A stretch of 64,000 bases of DNA from Calcarisporiella thermophila CBS 279.70 (GCF_041956535.1 NW_027192193.1:983192-1047191), one strand, 5' to 3'; positions 25,725-41,300 are shown, counted from the first letter of the stretch. Numbers and translations are program-made. The notes: generated by a model from the sequence alone, not told the origin.

Positions 25725-28700
25725 TCAATTCCCTACAACAAAATTCAGTACATTCCACCCCTCAGACCTGAAAGGTGCAACACGCACTGCTCGTGTAGCA
25801 TACCCTATTGCCCGCGCCCTCTCATTTTCCCTTATTGAAACGAGAGCCAAGTTCTGATAAGTTCTTGCTCTGGTTTCAATATTGACTTCTTTATGCGACA
25901 GACTTATCAGATCGATCGCAGTTTCTGCAATAGATCTCGTTAAAGTTGGCGATTGGCTATGCGATAAAAGGTGTTGCGCCAGGAGTGACCATATCTCAGG
26001 ATTCGCGGGTCTTTGCTTGAGAAGCTTAAGAAGGATAAGGGTCGCACCTTCGATCGACCCCTAGAAAAATTTAAAAGTGTAAACTAAAAGATATCCGGGA
26101 ATAGAAAGAATAAAAAATCCCACCTGAAGCTCATAATAACGTAACAAAAGCAAGCTCATATGTTTCTGATGCTTTTGATCATTTAGCGTTTCAGGAGGGA
26201 GATTAAGAAGTTCTCGTAGCGCAGCAGTTGCCAACTCCATATCTCCTTGGCTGAGTCCCATCGCGCAGAGACAAAAAATGGCAGGCAGATGAGCTGGATA
26301 TTGTGAAATGCTAGAGGAATAGAGATAAAATCTTTCAGTATTCTAATTTAATTCATCTACTCTCCATATAAAATCCTACCAATTAAAGAGCTCCTCTTTG
26401 GCCCGTTCTCGAGCCTCTTCCCCCCCGATTGACCAGAGTGTCTGTGCTAATAATACAGCTACATCCTTCCGGACTTCTGCAATACCTTCTCCGCCCATAC
26501 CTTCCTCTGGGTCCGTCGCAGCGAGAGCCGCCTCAAACATCTCCAAGCTCTGCTCTAATTGATTCCCAAAATAATATGCAATCCCTGCGCCTAAAAATGC
26601 ATACACCCGCTGTGCATCCATCGGCTCTATAGCGATATTCTGCAACGAGCTGGCGTAAGCTTCTATTGACCAAGCAATTTCGTTTTCGCCTCCAACTGCG
26701 CAAAGTGCTCGGCCCAAATTTGTACGAGCCAGAGCAAGCTGACGTTGGGCAACTGCGTTGGTTTGTATTTCAGGTGTAGACTCGAGAACGCGCACACATT
26801 CAGCAAACGCCTGCGATGCACGCGCATGTTCACCAATATGTTCTAGTACGACTCCAAGAAGATTCCATGCACATGGATCATTTGGACGCTGTTCAATATA
26901 TTTTTGAAGTGCGAAGGCAGGAGAAGCGAGCGCACCTCTTGCATCCAGACCCATCCCCTTGATAAATTTACGGTAGGTTGTACGAGCAAAACCATAATTT
27001 GCCTCAATTAAAGCTCCTGAACTCATTTCAAATGCCTGCTCGAAATAATTGTATGCCTCTGCCATATCGCTCAAATCCGCAACAAAAGCCCGCCCAACCC
27101 ATGCATGCACACAATCAGGATCTAACGAAAGTGCAACTTGGAATGCCCTGTTAGCAAGTTCTAACTCGGAGGCGAGAAGATAGAGGAGTCCTAGATTACA
27201 CCACGGAGCTGGATCCTAATCAACATTCACGTATATTAATGCGAACGAATAAATTGAAAAAAGGAATCAGCGTACCCTAGAGTTATACTCTATTACTTTG
27301 ATAAAAGCATGCTGTGCAATCTTTGGATTATGCGCCAAGGATATCACCCCGAGTATGTTCCAGCTTTCAGGGGATGTCGGATTCAACTGCAAAGATATGC
27401 TCACATATCTCATTGCTGAGATCAGAAGACTTGATGCTTCGATGTGATAATATACACGGTGCTCATAGAGATAATAGTACACCGTGGCTAGATCGCAGAA
27501 AGAGGAGGAAAGGGTGGTCTCGGAAATAAAAACAGCTATAGCGCATTCATACGCAATGCAACCAATAGCCAATACTTTTTCTAGTAGCTCAGTTTCCGTT
27601 AACGTTCCCACAGCAAAGTTATTTAAAATACTATCTATAGTCTTTTGCCCATCACTCTTCAGGAACTCCTCTAGATCATTCTTGGGTCGGTGGCTCTGCA
27701 CCAATTCCAAAATGTCCACCAGAATCTCCATATTGCAAAGCTTCATATAGGTTGGTACCAAACGAAACGTCACACATATATCACCAACAATTTTCCACAA
27801 ACAATTTAAATCTGGATTCAGCCGCAGAGCTTTCACAGCTGTCTTCATGGCATTGGAAAGTTCCCTCGCGGTCCACCCATAGCATCCCATTTGAAAATGC
27901 AATTTCGCACTAGCTATATAACTATCAGCAAGGCCCTTTAGAGCCAAGGCCTCCACATCAAAGGCACTCGGCTTGTTCTGACTTAGCTCAGATGCCTTAT
28001 CTAGTGCGAGTTTGTAATAGTGAATTGCCTCCTTAAATGCGCCAAGTTTGTATTTGATATATCCGATTTGACAGTGAGCAATAGTTGAATCTGGACTAAG
28101 TTGAATAGCCCTCGAATATGCTTTAAAAGCTGCTGTATATCGTCCTTCATGGAGATAAGATTCACCCAGCCCTTCCCAGCATTGGACATCCTTATTTTCG
28201 GTACGCAGGGATGTCTGAAGGGCAACGATTGCATCGGGGAAATTTTCATTGATCTATTTGTAAGTAATGTAGAAAATATTAGAATATATTTATAGTCAGC
28301 ATTACAACTGCTTCACCATTTCAATAAAACCAAGGCGCTTCCATGCCCATGCTGCCCTTGCATTTGTGCTCGTCACGCTCCTTAAGACTGCCTCTGCCAT
28401 TGCATGTTTGTCATCTTCCAAATAATATCCGCAGAGCCACTGTGCAGCTTCCGACTCTGTTGGGTCCAGGGATATCGACTTCTCATAACATTTAATGGCT
28501 CGCGCACGATCGGAGTCCACGAGGCGATAGAAATGACCAAGTTGAGTGAATGCAGATGCAAAGAAAGGATCAAGTTTAACAGTCTGCATCAAGTGATTAT
28601 AAGAATAGCTTCTATCTGTGCGGTAGGTATCTATATCACAAAGATAAAATATAATGAATATTGAACTAGAATAGCTCCAGAAAAAAAAATTCATCACCAT

Positions 28701-30888
28701 CCATCCACCAATACACCATTCCCAATCGGTAATGATATAATGCATTAGAAGAGTCGAGTTCAATTGCCTGAGTGATTTTTTCAGTAGCTCGTTTGTACTC
28801 ATGCTGACGGCCATAAACCCAGCCAAGTTCTGCAAAGGCCTCATGATTTTTTGGCTCGTATTTAATAATCTTCTCGAAAACTTGGGCCGCCTCATCAAAA
28901 CTATGCCGCTCGGAAAGAATTATACCCACCCCCTAATTTTGTAAATGTTAATACTTTCATTAAGAAAAATGAAGTATGGCAATATAATGAAAAGTATTAC
29001 CAAAAGAGCCCGACAATTGTCTGGATCCTTTGCTAATATTTGCTTATATAGCCTAAAGGATGTCTCCTGGTATTTGTCACTCATTCTCAAATAGCAATTA
29101 GCAATACACACCTCCATCGATAGCATTAATCTTAACAATTTATAAATTAGTGAACAATATGCTTTTGCCATGAAAAAAATATTTTATACTTGTCTAGCAA
29201 TCTTCCATATTCTTTCATGTTCTCAGTAACCAGCTCTTTTCCACGAGTTGCATATTCCAAACTAGTTTCGAAATCTTTTGAATCGTGATAAAGCCAGCTA
29301 AGAGTAAGATATCCATAGAGGCTATCCGGCGCTTTATCAAATCCTTCCTATCAATCGCATACAATAAGTTAACCAAAATAAGTAACAGTAATGCAATTGT
29401 AAATAGGCTTGAAAACTACTGTATATAAATCCAAAACCTCGTCCAGTGCCCCTCCCTCAATAAATTTTCTGTAACCTTTATGGATTTTGGAAAGACCTCG
29501 ATCTGGATACTTGGAGCTTAATTTACTCAGTAAATCTTTGTCATATTGATCTAAGTAAACCAGCAAAAGACTTCATAAGTAAATCAATTAGAAAGCATAG
29601 GATATCATATCTTGAATACCAGGCGTTTGTGCATTAGTATTTTCAATTAATAGCTCATATGCAACTGGTACATCCATGTCCTGCTCAACAAGACTCCGTG
29701 CAAGAGAGAATATTTTTTCTAACAGCTTCAAGGAAAGTTAAAAATACAGGTAAGGTAAAATATAAAAGAGTGATAAATTGAAATTAAATGCTCAACTTAC
29801 TGTTGTTTTATCATTAATGGTTTTAATCTTAATTTGCAAAAATTCAAGGTATTTGGCTTCTAAAGATGCAACATCAATAGTGCCCATACTCTTGCCGTAT
29901 TCTATTAGTTTTTGATATCCTTCGTCAAGCTATATTGATCAACACAAGGGGATAATATGAAATGATTTGAATTATTCGAATAGGGATGAAAAAATACCTT
30001 AGATTGCCCATAAACTTCACTTGTGACCTGCTTTGTTAATATGTTAAAACTTGGAGCACCAATCCTTCCTTTCCGTGCTGATATTTCGCGTTTAATCGTT
30101 TCTGTATCATAAGATTCTTGCAGAGATACTATCTCTCTCCACAGATCAACAGGAAGAGGCCATCCTTCTACACCCTCCTTAATGATATGCCCGAATTCGC
30201 CTTCAGGTAGGTATCGTTCCAAATGTTGGATGACCTATTTGGACCACTTATTAACAACTCGAAAATCATCAGATAATTGAACATATAATGGTTACAATTC
30301 TGGTGTCGCCCCACTTTCGCTGAACATCAAGAATTTTGTTTAACGAGTCAAGAATTTTCTTTCCATCATTACTTTGTTTTTAAAATGGGTAAGTATAATA
30401 TAAAAATTTCGATTTGCTAAAAACATAAAACTAACCTTTCAATATAAAATCTTTTAATTAATGCCTCATGGGTGTCAACAAATTCTTTCCAACGTTCTCG
30501 TTTCTCATAGAAACTGGCTAAGCCCTAAGCATAAGAACCAACATTAATAGCATAAGATAATTGTGCGACTAATATTTCGATATACCTGCCAAGCTAATAT
30601 TTGAGTTGGATTGATATCGATCGCACGTTTATAAGATGCTTCACTTTCTTCAGGCTTATTTAAATTGAGATAAGCAACTCCCAAGAAAACGCGACTTAAA
30701 GGTTAACACATGCAAATTCCATTAAGATACACCCGAGAAAGGTTAATGATTATTAAATATAGTATTTACGCATTATAATTATCGGGCTCCCAGTTGAGAA
30801 CTCGCTGGCAGCATCGCACCGCATTCTCAAAATCCTTTGCTGCAATAGCTTCACGGGCAAGCTTCAAATCTTTCTTAATGTTAGACAT
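25725..30888 (-). CDS. SKI3: Superkiller complex TPR protein Ski3
   Basis: MSNIKKDLKLAREAI...VLNWEPDNYNA, LAWQ|GL, many TPRs, DRARAIKCYEKS, AQHAFIK; >1300 codons, multi-exon. Confidence 0.88.
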
Positions 30889-31587
30889 AAGTACAAAATG
30901 ATTAGAAGAGGCACATTAGAATAGTCTGTTACGGCTAGTGATCACCCAAATTCCTTACATATTCTCGAATTGATTTTTTACGGATTTCGTTTCAATTGTG
31001 GCTTGGAACCCCTCAATGATAACTTTAAAAGGAGCTTATAATATTCAATAGAGATACCATGTAAAAAAAATCCAATTTCGATAGTCTAGGGATTGGCGGA
31101 GAAATACAGTATGTAATTATTCTACAAGGATTAAACATTTTACTGACATTCTTTAAATATTGGTTAAATATGCCATACACATTATAAGCAATTTATTTTA
31201 TCTTCAAGATGCCATTCTCTTATTTGGATTGAATCACATAAAAGTGACTTTATCATTAAACCATAAGGTCTCATTTTCCGCTACTTGATGAAGCCCAAAA
31301 TTAAGGGAGGGCCTTCGGAAGATCTCGACATATCATACAAGCGTTTTTGTAACCACCTGGATACGTATGCAATGACCCATCGTCAATTTTTCGTAGTGAC
31401 AGCACTTTAATACATTAATTTTTTAGGTTATCCGAGCTACTCCGAAGTGAAATTTTCTCCTATTTTTACCGATAATAACATATATGAAATATATAAAAGT
31501 TTGTAAGGATAACTAACATACGAGTCCAACAGGTAAAATCTAGTTTGAAACGTTTGGCCTTTAATAATCCCCACTCCTACATTAACA

Positions 31588-32520
31588 ATGTCTGTACAAA
31601 AGGACACTAAGTCATTTGCTGTCGACTTTTTGATGGGAGGTATCTCTGCCGCTGTCTCCAAGACCGCCGCTGCCCCTATTGAGCGAGTAAAATTATTAAT
31701 CCAAAATCAGGATGAAATGATTAAGCAAGGTCGTCTCTCGGCCCCTTACAAAAGTATTGGTGAATGCTTTTCTCGTACGATCAAGGAGGAGGGTGTCTAT
31801 TCATTATGGCGAAGCAACCTTGTAAACGTTATTCGTTACTTTCCTACACAAGCCTTCAATCTTGCATTCAAGGATCACTTCAAGAGCATGCTTGGATACA
31901 ATAAGGACAAGGATGGTTACTGGAAATGGTTTGCCGGTAACTTGGCCTCTGGTGGTGCGGCCGGTGCTGTCTCCCTCGCCTTCGTCTATTCTCTCGATTA
32001 CGCCCGCACCCGCCTGGCTAATGACACCAAGTCTGCTAAACGTGGTGGTAAGCGCCAGTTCAATAGCATCATTGATGTTTATCGCAAAACTCTAAAATCC
32101 GATGGTATCACCGGTCTCTATCGTGGATTTAATCTCTCTTGTGTTGGCAGCATCGTGTACCGTGGTTTATACTTCGGTTTGTACGACTCGCTGAAGCCCG
32201 TCATTCTTGTCGGTTCTCTCCAGGACAACTTCCTTGCCTCTTTCCTCCTCGGCTGGGGTGTTACTAATATTGGGGGATTAGCAGCTTACCCAATTGATAC
32301 AGTCCGTCGGCGTATGATGATGACCTCTGGTGAGGCTGTAAAATACAAATCATCAATTCAGGCCTTCCATCAAATTATTACCAAGGAGGGAACCAAGTCA
32401 CTTTTCAAGGGTGCTGGCGCCAATTTACTTCGTGCTGTTGCTGGTGCTGGTGTACTTGCTGGTTACGATCAATTACAACTGCTCTTTTTTGGGAAGAAGT
32501 ATTCTGGAGGTTCAGGTTAA
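31588..32520 (+). CDS. AAC: Mitochondrial ADP/ATP carrier (intronless)
   Basis: [27 protein letters not shown] signature; single 310-aa ORF. Confidence 0.96.
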   Translation: MSVQKDTKSFAVDFLMGGISAAVSKTAAAPIERVKLLIQNQDEMIKQGRLSAPYKSIGECFSRTIKEEGVYSLWRSNLVNVIRYFPTQAFNLAFKDHFKSMLGYNKDKDGYWKWFAGNLASGGAAGAVSLAFVYSLDYARTRLANDTKSAKRGGKRQFNSIIDVYRKTLKSDGITGLYRGFNLSCVGSIVYRGLYFGLYDSLKPVILVGSLQDNFLASFLLGWGVTNIGGLAAYPIDTVRRRMMMTSGEAVKYKSSIQAFHQIITKEGTKSLFKGAGANLLRAVAGAGVLAGYDQLQLLFFGKKYSGGSG

Positions 32521-33417
32521 GATATAACGATTTGGCTGGTGGTAACAGTTTGACGAATTTGACTGTTAGAAGTTTGGATTCTTATGGAGTTCAGAAAGGA
32601 GATATTGTTAATAAACGTAAAGTGCCTCCTAAAAGTCTCATTCATAGGGCTCCAAGTGCTGAAAAAATATAAATAAAAAATAAACTGCATCCCGCAATAG
32701 TAACATAAATTGATAATTACTACTAGGTGCCTAAAGATATGATAATAATTAGAATTGCTCAATTTTAAGCTTATTAAGGTATAACACCGCTTGCTCTATT
32801 CCAATATATTGATTTCAATAACCCTTTTTACAAATTCTTCTAATAGGAATTGAAAAAGTAGATATAGGCAAATGCCTGGACCTATAAAAAAATAACACCT
32901 AACTAAACGCAAGAATGAGCAAGAATATTACCAAAATGAGACAGCGAGTCGGCTAGTTGAGGAGCATAAACGTAATGTATACCCATAATTAAGCTGAGTA
33001 ATAGTTATAAGAGCTATGCTGTCCCAAAGGGCCTTCAACTTTGACCTTTTGAATTCATGGATTCTGCACAGTTTATATGCTCTTTATTTCTTATCAAGCG
33101 GCAATAAATCATCTCTCTAGTGATCCCCACCGTCTTATATACTTTCAGACCATATAAATACTTTCCGTCATATAAAAATCAGATCAACTGTCCAATGGTC
33201 CGTGGAGAAGGAGCTGAGCGGAAAATAGACCTTTTTCATATGAGCGTAATATCAATTCTCTGATCCGCATCCTCCAAATTTACATCACTTCAGCCTTGGC
33301 TCCATACACAAGGATGCAATTTATCCGGAAATTCCGGGGATTTCTTTCCGCTAGACTTGATTAATAAAATTTATATAAGAGGTAATATTCATTATTCGAG
33401 TATTAGAATAGAGTAGA

Positions 33418-35078
33418 ATGCAAACCGTTAAAATTTTTTTTAGACAAATACACGCATTCCGCAATTTCAGCTTTCGGAACAACCCATTTCCAAGGAATAA
33501 GAGGAATCTTTTTCTTGCCACACCAGCCGTACTTATTACACCCTTTTCCATGTCAGAAAACGAGAATACAGGCGAAATAAGGAACAAAGCTCACCATGCA
33601 AAAGGCGGATTCGAGAATCCTTGGCCGTCTTTCCAAAAGATTTCACCTATTGAATTTTTAAAAGGATTCCGTGAATTTAACTTAACACGTAATTTACCAG
33701 CTGCTGAGGATAAGGTGAAGATAGTGGACATAAACCATGAACTACTGAATAAACCCACACCGGGTAAAGTGCAGGCAACTTGGCTTGGACAGTAAGTTTA
33801 ATCCTATACTATAAATTTATTGAACTCAATTAACCCACTTTAATAATCCCTTAGTGCTTGTTTTCTTGTCCAAATTGATGGTGTTAATATTTTGTATGAC
33901 CCTGTGTTCTCGGACAGGTACCAATTTAAATCATTTTCTCTTCTTTTCTCGCCTTCTTTTTTTTTAGCATGACTTAATGGAGTGCTTTTGTTCCTAATTT
34001 TTCTGCTAGATGTTCACCCTCACAACATATTGGTCCGAAACGATATACACCTCCTCCTTGCAAACTTTCCGAATTACCACCTATAGATTTGGTTATAATT
34101 TCTCATAACCAGTAAATGTGTATTGCAACCCTTCGCCTCTCCTAATGCTCACCTCTTTTTGGATATTATTAGTTACGATCACCTGGATGTTTCTACCATT
34201 GAAGAGCTTGGTAATAGACCACGCTATTTTGTTCCGCTTGGCAATAAACGGTGGTTTGAGAGCATGCACATAAATAATGTGGAAGAGCTCGACTGGTGGG
34301 AAGAACGTAAGGTTCAGTTGGACTACAATCGTCAGATCGTTGTAACCTGTACTCCATGTCAACATTTTACAGGTATTTAATATTTAATATTAAATGCAAT
34401 ACCATATCACCTCGCATTTACCTTTTATTCTTTCTGAAGGTCGCGGAATTTTCGACCGCAATAAAACTTTATGGGCCTCTTGGTGTGTGTATTCACCCAA
34501 GACCAGCGGGAAAATATACTTTGCTGGGTAAGCGTACTCCTCGGTGCATCAGCTCCCTCTTATCCTCTAATACGTTTGTATAAAAGTGATACAGGTTATC
34601 GTAGCGTTCCTCGAGGATACGACGAAGAAAAGATTGATGAATTGCCTCATTGTCCAGTATTCAAAGGTACTTTACAATGTTCGTCTTATATTTCTTTAAA
34701 TCCCGATTGATAATATGCACATGCAGAAATTGGGAGCAAAAAAGGACCATTTGACCTTGCCATGATTCCCATAGGCGCTTATAATCCTCGACACCTTCTC
34801 TCACCTGTACACTGCTCTCCGGAAGATTCCGTACTCCTCCATGAGGATATTAAAAGTAAAAGAAGTCTTGCAATGCACTGGGGAACGGTAATTTATTTTT
34901 TAGTTAAAATACAAATACAATTGCTAATATCATTATTTAGTGGCTGCTTGGCGGAGAATCAGCTACTGAACCTCCAGTGCGTCTTCGACTTGCACTTGAG
35001 AAACGAGGCCACTCTCTCAATGAATTTTCGACTTGTAATCTTGGAGAAACGGTCGCAGTAGATATCGGGTCAGATTAA
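33418..35078 (+). CDS. NAPE-specific phospholipase D (metallo-beta-lactamase fold, Fmp30-like)
   Basis: FENPWPS, ATWLG, DPVFSDR, ISHNH|[31 protein letters not shown]. Confidence 0.9.
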
Positions 35079-35860
35079 TAAACATATTGCCGAAATTCAT
35101 TTTGGCACACTAGGCTGTATCTTAATTCTTTAGGATAGATGTATTTTTTTTTTAATCCGCTATTTAATAATGCGAAGTCTGTCAATTTAGAGCTAATATA
35201 AAGTTCTCTGCAATTATGCCAATCAATAATTTGGCTAGAATTTCTAGGATGTCCCCGGCTATGTGGCTCCACAGCACTAGCATAGCCTCATTTAATTTTA
35301 GTAATAGTGTCACGATAAGCTATCTGGCTTAATAAAAATTTACAAATATTCTGAAAGGACAAAGAGAATGGGAGGGCGCTACTGCATAGCGCAATATAAG
35401 TGGAGCGGCAATTCTACTTTTGTGGAGCATTCGGCACTTGCCTTGCGACGACGGTAACCCCTTGAGCTCTCGACTAAAAAATTCGAGTTGCCCCATAATA
35501 TCCACATATTAAGTCTAGCAAATGGCTAAGCCCTTTCCGAAGGATTTTATCGCGAAATTACCCCTTATTTCTTTCGCCTTCCTCGCCACAGTTAATTCCT
35601 ATTAACTCTGAATGATTGTATTCAAAGTAATCGCAATCTAACAAATTTGGAATGCGAACAAAAACCAACGCGTAGCAAATTCATAGAGAAGGTTATTGTA
35701 AAAATCTTCTTCTTACTTTCATTGTATCTGATTTATGAATCTTTACCGTCTTCTACCTTCAGTGCATTAACATCACAACTAAAGATTGAGACGGGGAGCT
35801 CTGTCCATGGCAAGATAATCCATATACCTCATAGAAAAAAATTTTTTTTCGTATCTTAGC

Positions 35861-37922
35861 ATGAATTCTCCAACAAATTCTACTGAATATCCCGCACCAG
35901 AGTTGCAAGAATCAGGCGAGGAGCTTGACTCTAGCCTTGCCTTGCTTATTCTCATCGGGCTACTATTTCTCGTGATGCTTGTAAGCTTCTTCTTACAGAA
36001 AAAACGCATTCAGACGATTCACGAGAGCATGGTTGCAATTTTTGCCGGTAGAGTATTTCCATTATTGCGAATAAAAATGCTGTCATTAAACAAGAGTTTC
36101 TTAATGTTAATTAGGAATTATTGTTGGGTTTGTGATTAATGTGGCTCCTGGCACGGTTATTCAAAATATGGTTACTTTCAAGGGCAGTTTTTTCTTCAAT
36201 ATGTTGTTGCCACCTATTATTCTTAGCTCTGGATACGATTTAAACATGGTAATTTGCACACTCATCTCTTTTGCTTGCCAAACGTTTTCATGCTAAAACC
36301 ATTCTGAATATATAAGAAACCGTTTTCACGAAATTTTGGCACTATACTCATTTTTGCCTTTGTTGGAACGTTTATCTCTTCCTTGTGTACTGGGTATGGA
36401 TTCAATGCACTGCTGAAGCGTTGCAAAGTTACTGAGGCTATGTTTGTATTTTTTTTACTTCCAAGTTCACTTGTTTATCTAGTGGGTCTCACTGGTTTAG
36501 AATCGGTTAATCCGTCCTTTTTGGATGCTCTTATTTTTGGCTCAATCATCTCTGCCACTGACCCCGTAGCGATACTTGCGATTTTCCAGCAGTTGAAGGT
36601 GGATCCTAATCTCTACTCGATCATTCTCGGAGAAAGCATGCTTAATGACGCTGTCGCTATTGTGCTCTCGAATTCGCTTGCGGATTTCCGCGGCCACGAG
36701 TTGACTATGTCCTTTGTACTAATGGGCCTAGGGTCATTTTTTGCTAATTTCTTGGCGTCTTGCGGAATCGGGATTGCATTCGGACTTTCGACAGCTGTTT
36801 TTTTGAAATATAATCCCGAGCTGAATAGCTTTACCACCCTGGAAAGTTGTATCGTGATGCTTATGGCCTATGCATCCTATTTGTTTTCGATGGCGTGCAA
36901 TATGAGCGGTAACATGCATTATTCTATACTTTTCGCTGTGATCATTTTCATAACATATGTTTTATGCACTCGAAGGTATTGTTTCACTCCTGTTTTGCTC
37001 GATCACTCTAAAGCGCTACGCCTACAACAACCTCTCTTATCGTAGTCAGCAAACTACCAAATCTACATTTAGAATTCTGGCCCAGTTGGCAGAAAATTTC
37101 ATCTTTCTCTATTTGGGAATTACATTGCTAACGATGCCCAACCTCCGCTTCGCTCCGCTGTACCTCATTTTCACTTTTGTAAGCAATCTCTATCCCGACT
37201 TTTACTTAACCGGTATTCAAATGGAGATTCTTTTTCACTATTAGATTTTCGTGTGCATTTCACGTCTGGTTGCAGTTTTTCCACTTGCCAAGCTCATCAA
37301 TCTCTGCACTCGTCTTATAAAAGGGACTGAGGCCCTCCCATTCACTCACCAGGCTATGCTCAGCTGGGCGGGTCTCCGAGGAGCTGTTGCCTTCGCTTTA
37401 GTGGCCGATATTCAGGGAGAACAGGCTCCAGAGATAAAATCCACTATTTTAATGGTAGCAATTCTCACTACCCTTATTTTCGGAAGTACCACTCCGAGAA
37501 TGCTAAAAGCATTGGGAATTCGAACGGGTATACGCGCGGGATACGAAAAGAATGGAGAGGGCGAGGAATTTACTAGGCACCATATGGGAAATCATTATAA
37601 TCCAGTACAGGAAGAGTCTCCCAGGGGCTCGGTTGTGGATGACCACAGAGTGGAGATGGGCCCTGGGAGGGAATCCGAGGAAATGAGCGACAGCGATGAT
37701 GATGAACAGGGGGCCGGAACTGGTTGGCGGTGGTTCCAGAAATTGGATAACAATTATATAAAGCCGCTCTTTATCCGAGATCATCACCTCCAACGGCTTG
37801 AGCAACCGAAAGAGAATAATATAGAACTGGGGGACGATATAACAAGTGAGACACAGAGCGGAGATACAATCCATAGCAGAGGAAACGATGGTACGAGGAA
37901 AGGAGAGGAGCATGGCCGTTAG
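35861..37922 (+). CDS. NHX1: Endosomal Na+(K+)/H+ exchanger Nhx1
   Basis: FFNMLLPPII, ISATDPVAILAIF, GESMLNDAVAIV, WAGLRGAVAFAL. Confidence 0.92.
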
Positions 37923-38376
37923 CCTCATCTATCAAAGTGATTCTATTTGGAATTTTTTATTTGTAAGTTATTTCCGGCATTTTACCTCCGTAAACTTTTA
38001 ACAGATTTCCTTGTACTTAGATGAAATTATATACAGATCACAATATCAGAAAAACTTTATTTCCTATTTATACGATATATGCTTTTGAATAGATGATGCC
38101 CCAGGGATGAGGGATATTTTATTGTAAAAACCCGATTATTAGAGCTTCAAGGGAGCGTGTGGATATGAGCTGGCCAAACCAGCTATTGAATGAGACGTTT
38201 ATCCCTGCACATTTGCATTTACAGTTCTGGTTATACTGAGGCTTGAAATCGTGAATGTTAAGTTGAAATAGTGCAAGAGATTCTTCTCTGTGTATATCAG
38301 TTAAAATGTCTCGGTTCAATGTAGAGGTTTCTTATCATTTTGTAAATAATCGAGATATTGCCTATTCAGTGCATGT

Positions 38377-41300
38377 TTATTTGTACTGATCTTCGACCAT
38401 CTCTTGAATTATCCTCCTGACTCCCTCCGGGGACTCAAGAGGTTTACTAAACGCAGAAATGTCATACTCCCGCTGGATGATATCATAGAAAGAATAGTAC
38501 GTCTCTAGCACTTTAGTCTACATAAAATTACAGGTAAGTATGGGCTGGTTGAGTACATAAAAATGGCGTTTGGAAAACTTTGTTTAAATAGGAGATATAC
38601 CTCGATGGGCTTCAATAAGATCGACTCTGTCCTACGATCGTTGATATATTCGGAAAGTTTCGAGATTGCAGAACGAAGGCGCGATTGCAAGACTTCGTGG
38701 AATGCATCCGAGATTTCGACAATATGCTCTGTAGAAATAGAATGTTGTATTAATGGATTGAAGAGGGGGGCTCCACAATAACAATAAACCTGCCTTTTTG
38801 GGCAAAATTCTGCGATTTTAAAGAAAGTTGCTCGTCTGATGCCGTATTCTTTCTTAGCTGAAACGCCGAGACTTTCAACAAGAAAGGCGTCAGTGGTTCT
38901 ATTACCGCCTTTGTTGTCTGGAAAATAAAGTTCTCGCACACTCGCTTTAGCTCTTTGTCAACTTCTCTCTTTGAATCAAGCTCCATCTCTACAACGCGCG
39001 GCATGCCACGTTGCGCAAGACCGAAAAGCAAGTTGGGCTTGAAGAGGGAAAGGCGGTTTTGAAGAATGGCATTTACAATATCTAATGCCCAAATTAACTT
39101 GTTCAGTGTGAAATTGCGTGTATCGGAAAAGCCGTTGTCTACATACCATTAATTTGAGAAAAATCCAAAGACTTTTCTTGGTGTACAAAATTTACATCGA
39201 ACGGAGCGATTTGTTCTTTAAGGATAAGAAGATGTTTGATCAAAAAAAGTTGGCCATCTAGTTTGCCCTGGGGGATTAAAAAAAATCAATATGCTTGCTA
39301 CGTAAGTAAAGTAAATGTAAAATCTTACCTGTTTATTCGTAATATGTTCAGCGGCAGTTGTGATGGATTGTTTACACAATGCAATGACTTCCTGAGCAAT
39401 ATCTTCAAACACTGATGTCTATTATAGATTCATACATGAGTAGTGCAATGTAGATAGCAAAAGATCCTCACATACCTTAACACATCTATATAGTTTTGAA
39501 AGTAGCCACAGCGTTCGTTGTAGCGGTGGATACCATCCTGCGTAAATCTCAGATGCATCCAATAGGCTCGCTGAGGATGACTGCCCAGAGGAGGCAGGGG
39601 ATATTATCCGAACTGGCTCTTGGATTGAGTTATCACCATCTTCTTCAACAGAAATGGTAGCGGGCCCCTCGGGTGGAGGAGAGGTGGCACCCAAAGGAGA
39701 TTGCATACGGGGAGCATCGTGGAATGAAAATGATCCCAAGTCTCGACGACGACCTATGAGAAAAAAGAAATGAGAGTTCAGCGCCCAACTAATTCTGGAT
39801 CGTGAAAAATATTGTTCTAACTTCTTAGTTTTTCCGGGTAATTCAAATCCTCTGGTTTTGGAATAAAATTTTGGATTTCATTGCGAATATATGTTTGAGC
39901 TCGAAACACGAGACGGTGCTGTGCATCTTGCAAAATCCCTTGGGTCAAAAAGCTGAATGAAGGACCTTCTTCGGGTACTACAAAGAAGAAATATTTTGTC
40001 AGCTAAAATCATCATGCTATGACTAGAAACCACGGATACCTTGATCTTCGCTATTTTCCCGGGTATATGATTGCATGATAGTACATAGCTCCGAAAGAAC
40101 ATCTATTCTTGTCTCGTGGATTATAAGTGGCCGGAGTTTATCGTTCAAATGCCCCAGCAATTCACCCAGATAACCGCTTAAGAGTAGAGGGAGAACAAAC
40201 ATAAGATAAATGAATACAATGATGTCAGGGGTATTAAAAATTTAGACTTACTAAAGCTGCTCCTCTCCCTCTTCAAAAAACTGATAGAAAAGGGCATACT
40301 CATTCGAACACAAATTCATCATGTAGGCACAACCATTCCGAGCGAAGGTCAGTAAATCTTTGTCTGTGGCTTGTAGCTCTTGGATTTTTGCCACTGTGAC
40401 ACCTGTTAGGACCTGATGACGAGCAGAAAAATAGCTAGCATAACAATCTTTTGCGATCGCGTAATATTCTCGGTAATTAGGACACCGGCTCTCGATCTCG
40501 TGCACAAGTTCGCGTAGTTTTGGAGCAGAAGCGCGAAATTTCACGTAAAAGAGAGCAGTTTGAACCGAAGGTTTCAAGGGTTCCTAGGGAGGCAAAAAGA
40601 ATTAATAATGTAAATGGCATGCATAAGCGCTAAATAGATACCTTCGGATTCATTTTTTTGCTAATCTCCGTCGCGAGAGCTTTTATAGAATTAATAAAAT
40701 ACATTCTAATTAATGACATCCCTCGGGTCATACACTGACGAAAACGCATCAGGTAAAGTTCAGCATCTCGATATTTAAGCTAGAGAGATAAACAAATAAT
40801 TGAGTTGACCAAAACTAAGCAAGCCAATCTCCGTGAACCAAGAACATACGTTGGACTGAACATATTCGATACACTCATCCAATCGTTTCAAAAAGGGTAT
40901 AAAGTTCTCGTTTAGACAAATATCTTCTCCTGGAGAATTCAACAGCTTCGTAATCGGTTCTAATTCATTGAAGTAGGCAAGTTTCTCGCCGACAGATTTA
41001 GCGATTATAGCAAGATGTTCCTGTTTGTAATATGGTTATTGGGTATTTCAGTGAATCTAAGATGGGAGAAGTTCGCACCTGTTCGTTAAGCAAGACTTCA
41101 CATGCCTCTTGCAGAGCACTGGTTCTTCCTTGCACAAACTCGAAGTTCTCTTTCAATTGATCAAGTAGCTGAACTGTGTTGTTGATAAGCTCCAGAAACT
41201 CAGAGCAAGCATCACGATATAGCGAGACCACAGACAAATAATTTCTATTATAATAGTGTTTAAGTGAATATTGTTTAGATTCCTTGCTTCAAGCAGTACC

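Noticed and set aside
35861-37922. U12-type introns in NHX1
   Set aside because: No RTATCCTT donors seen; all inferred introns look like ordinary GT-AG
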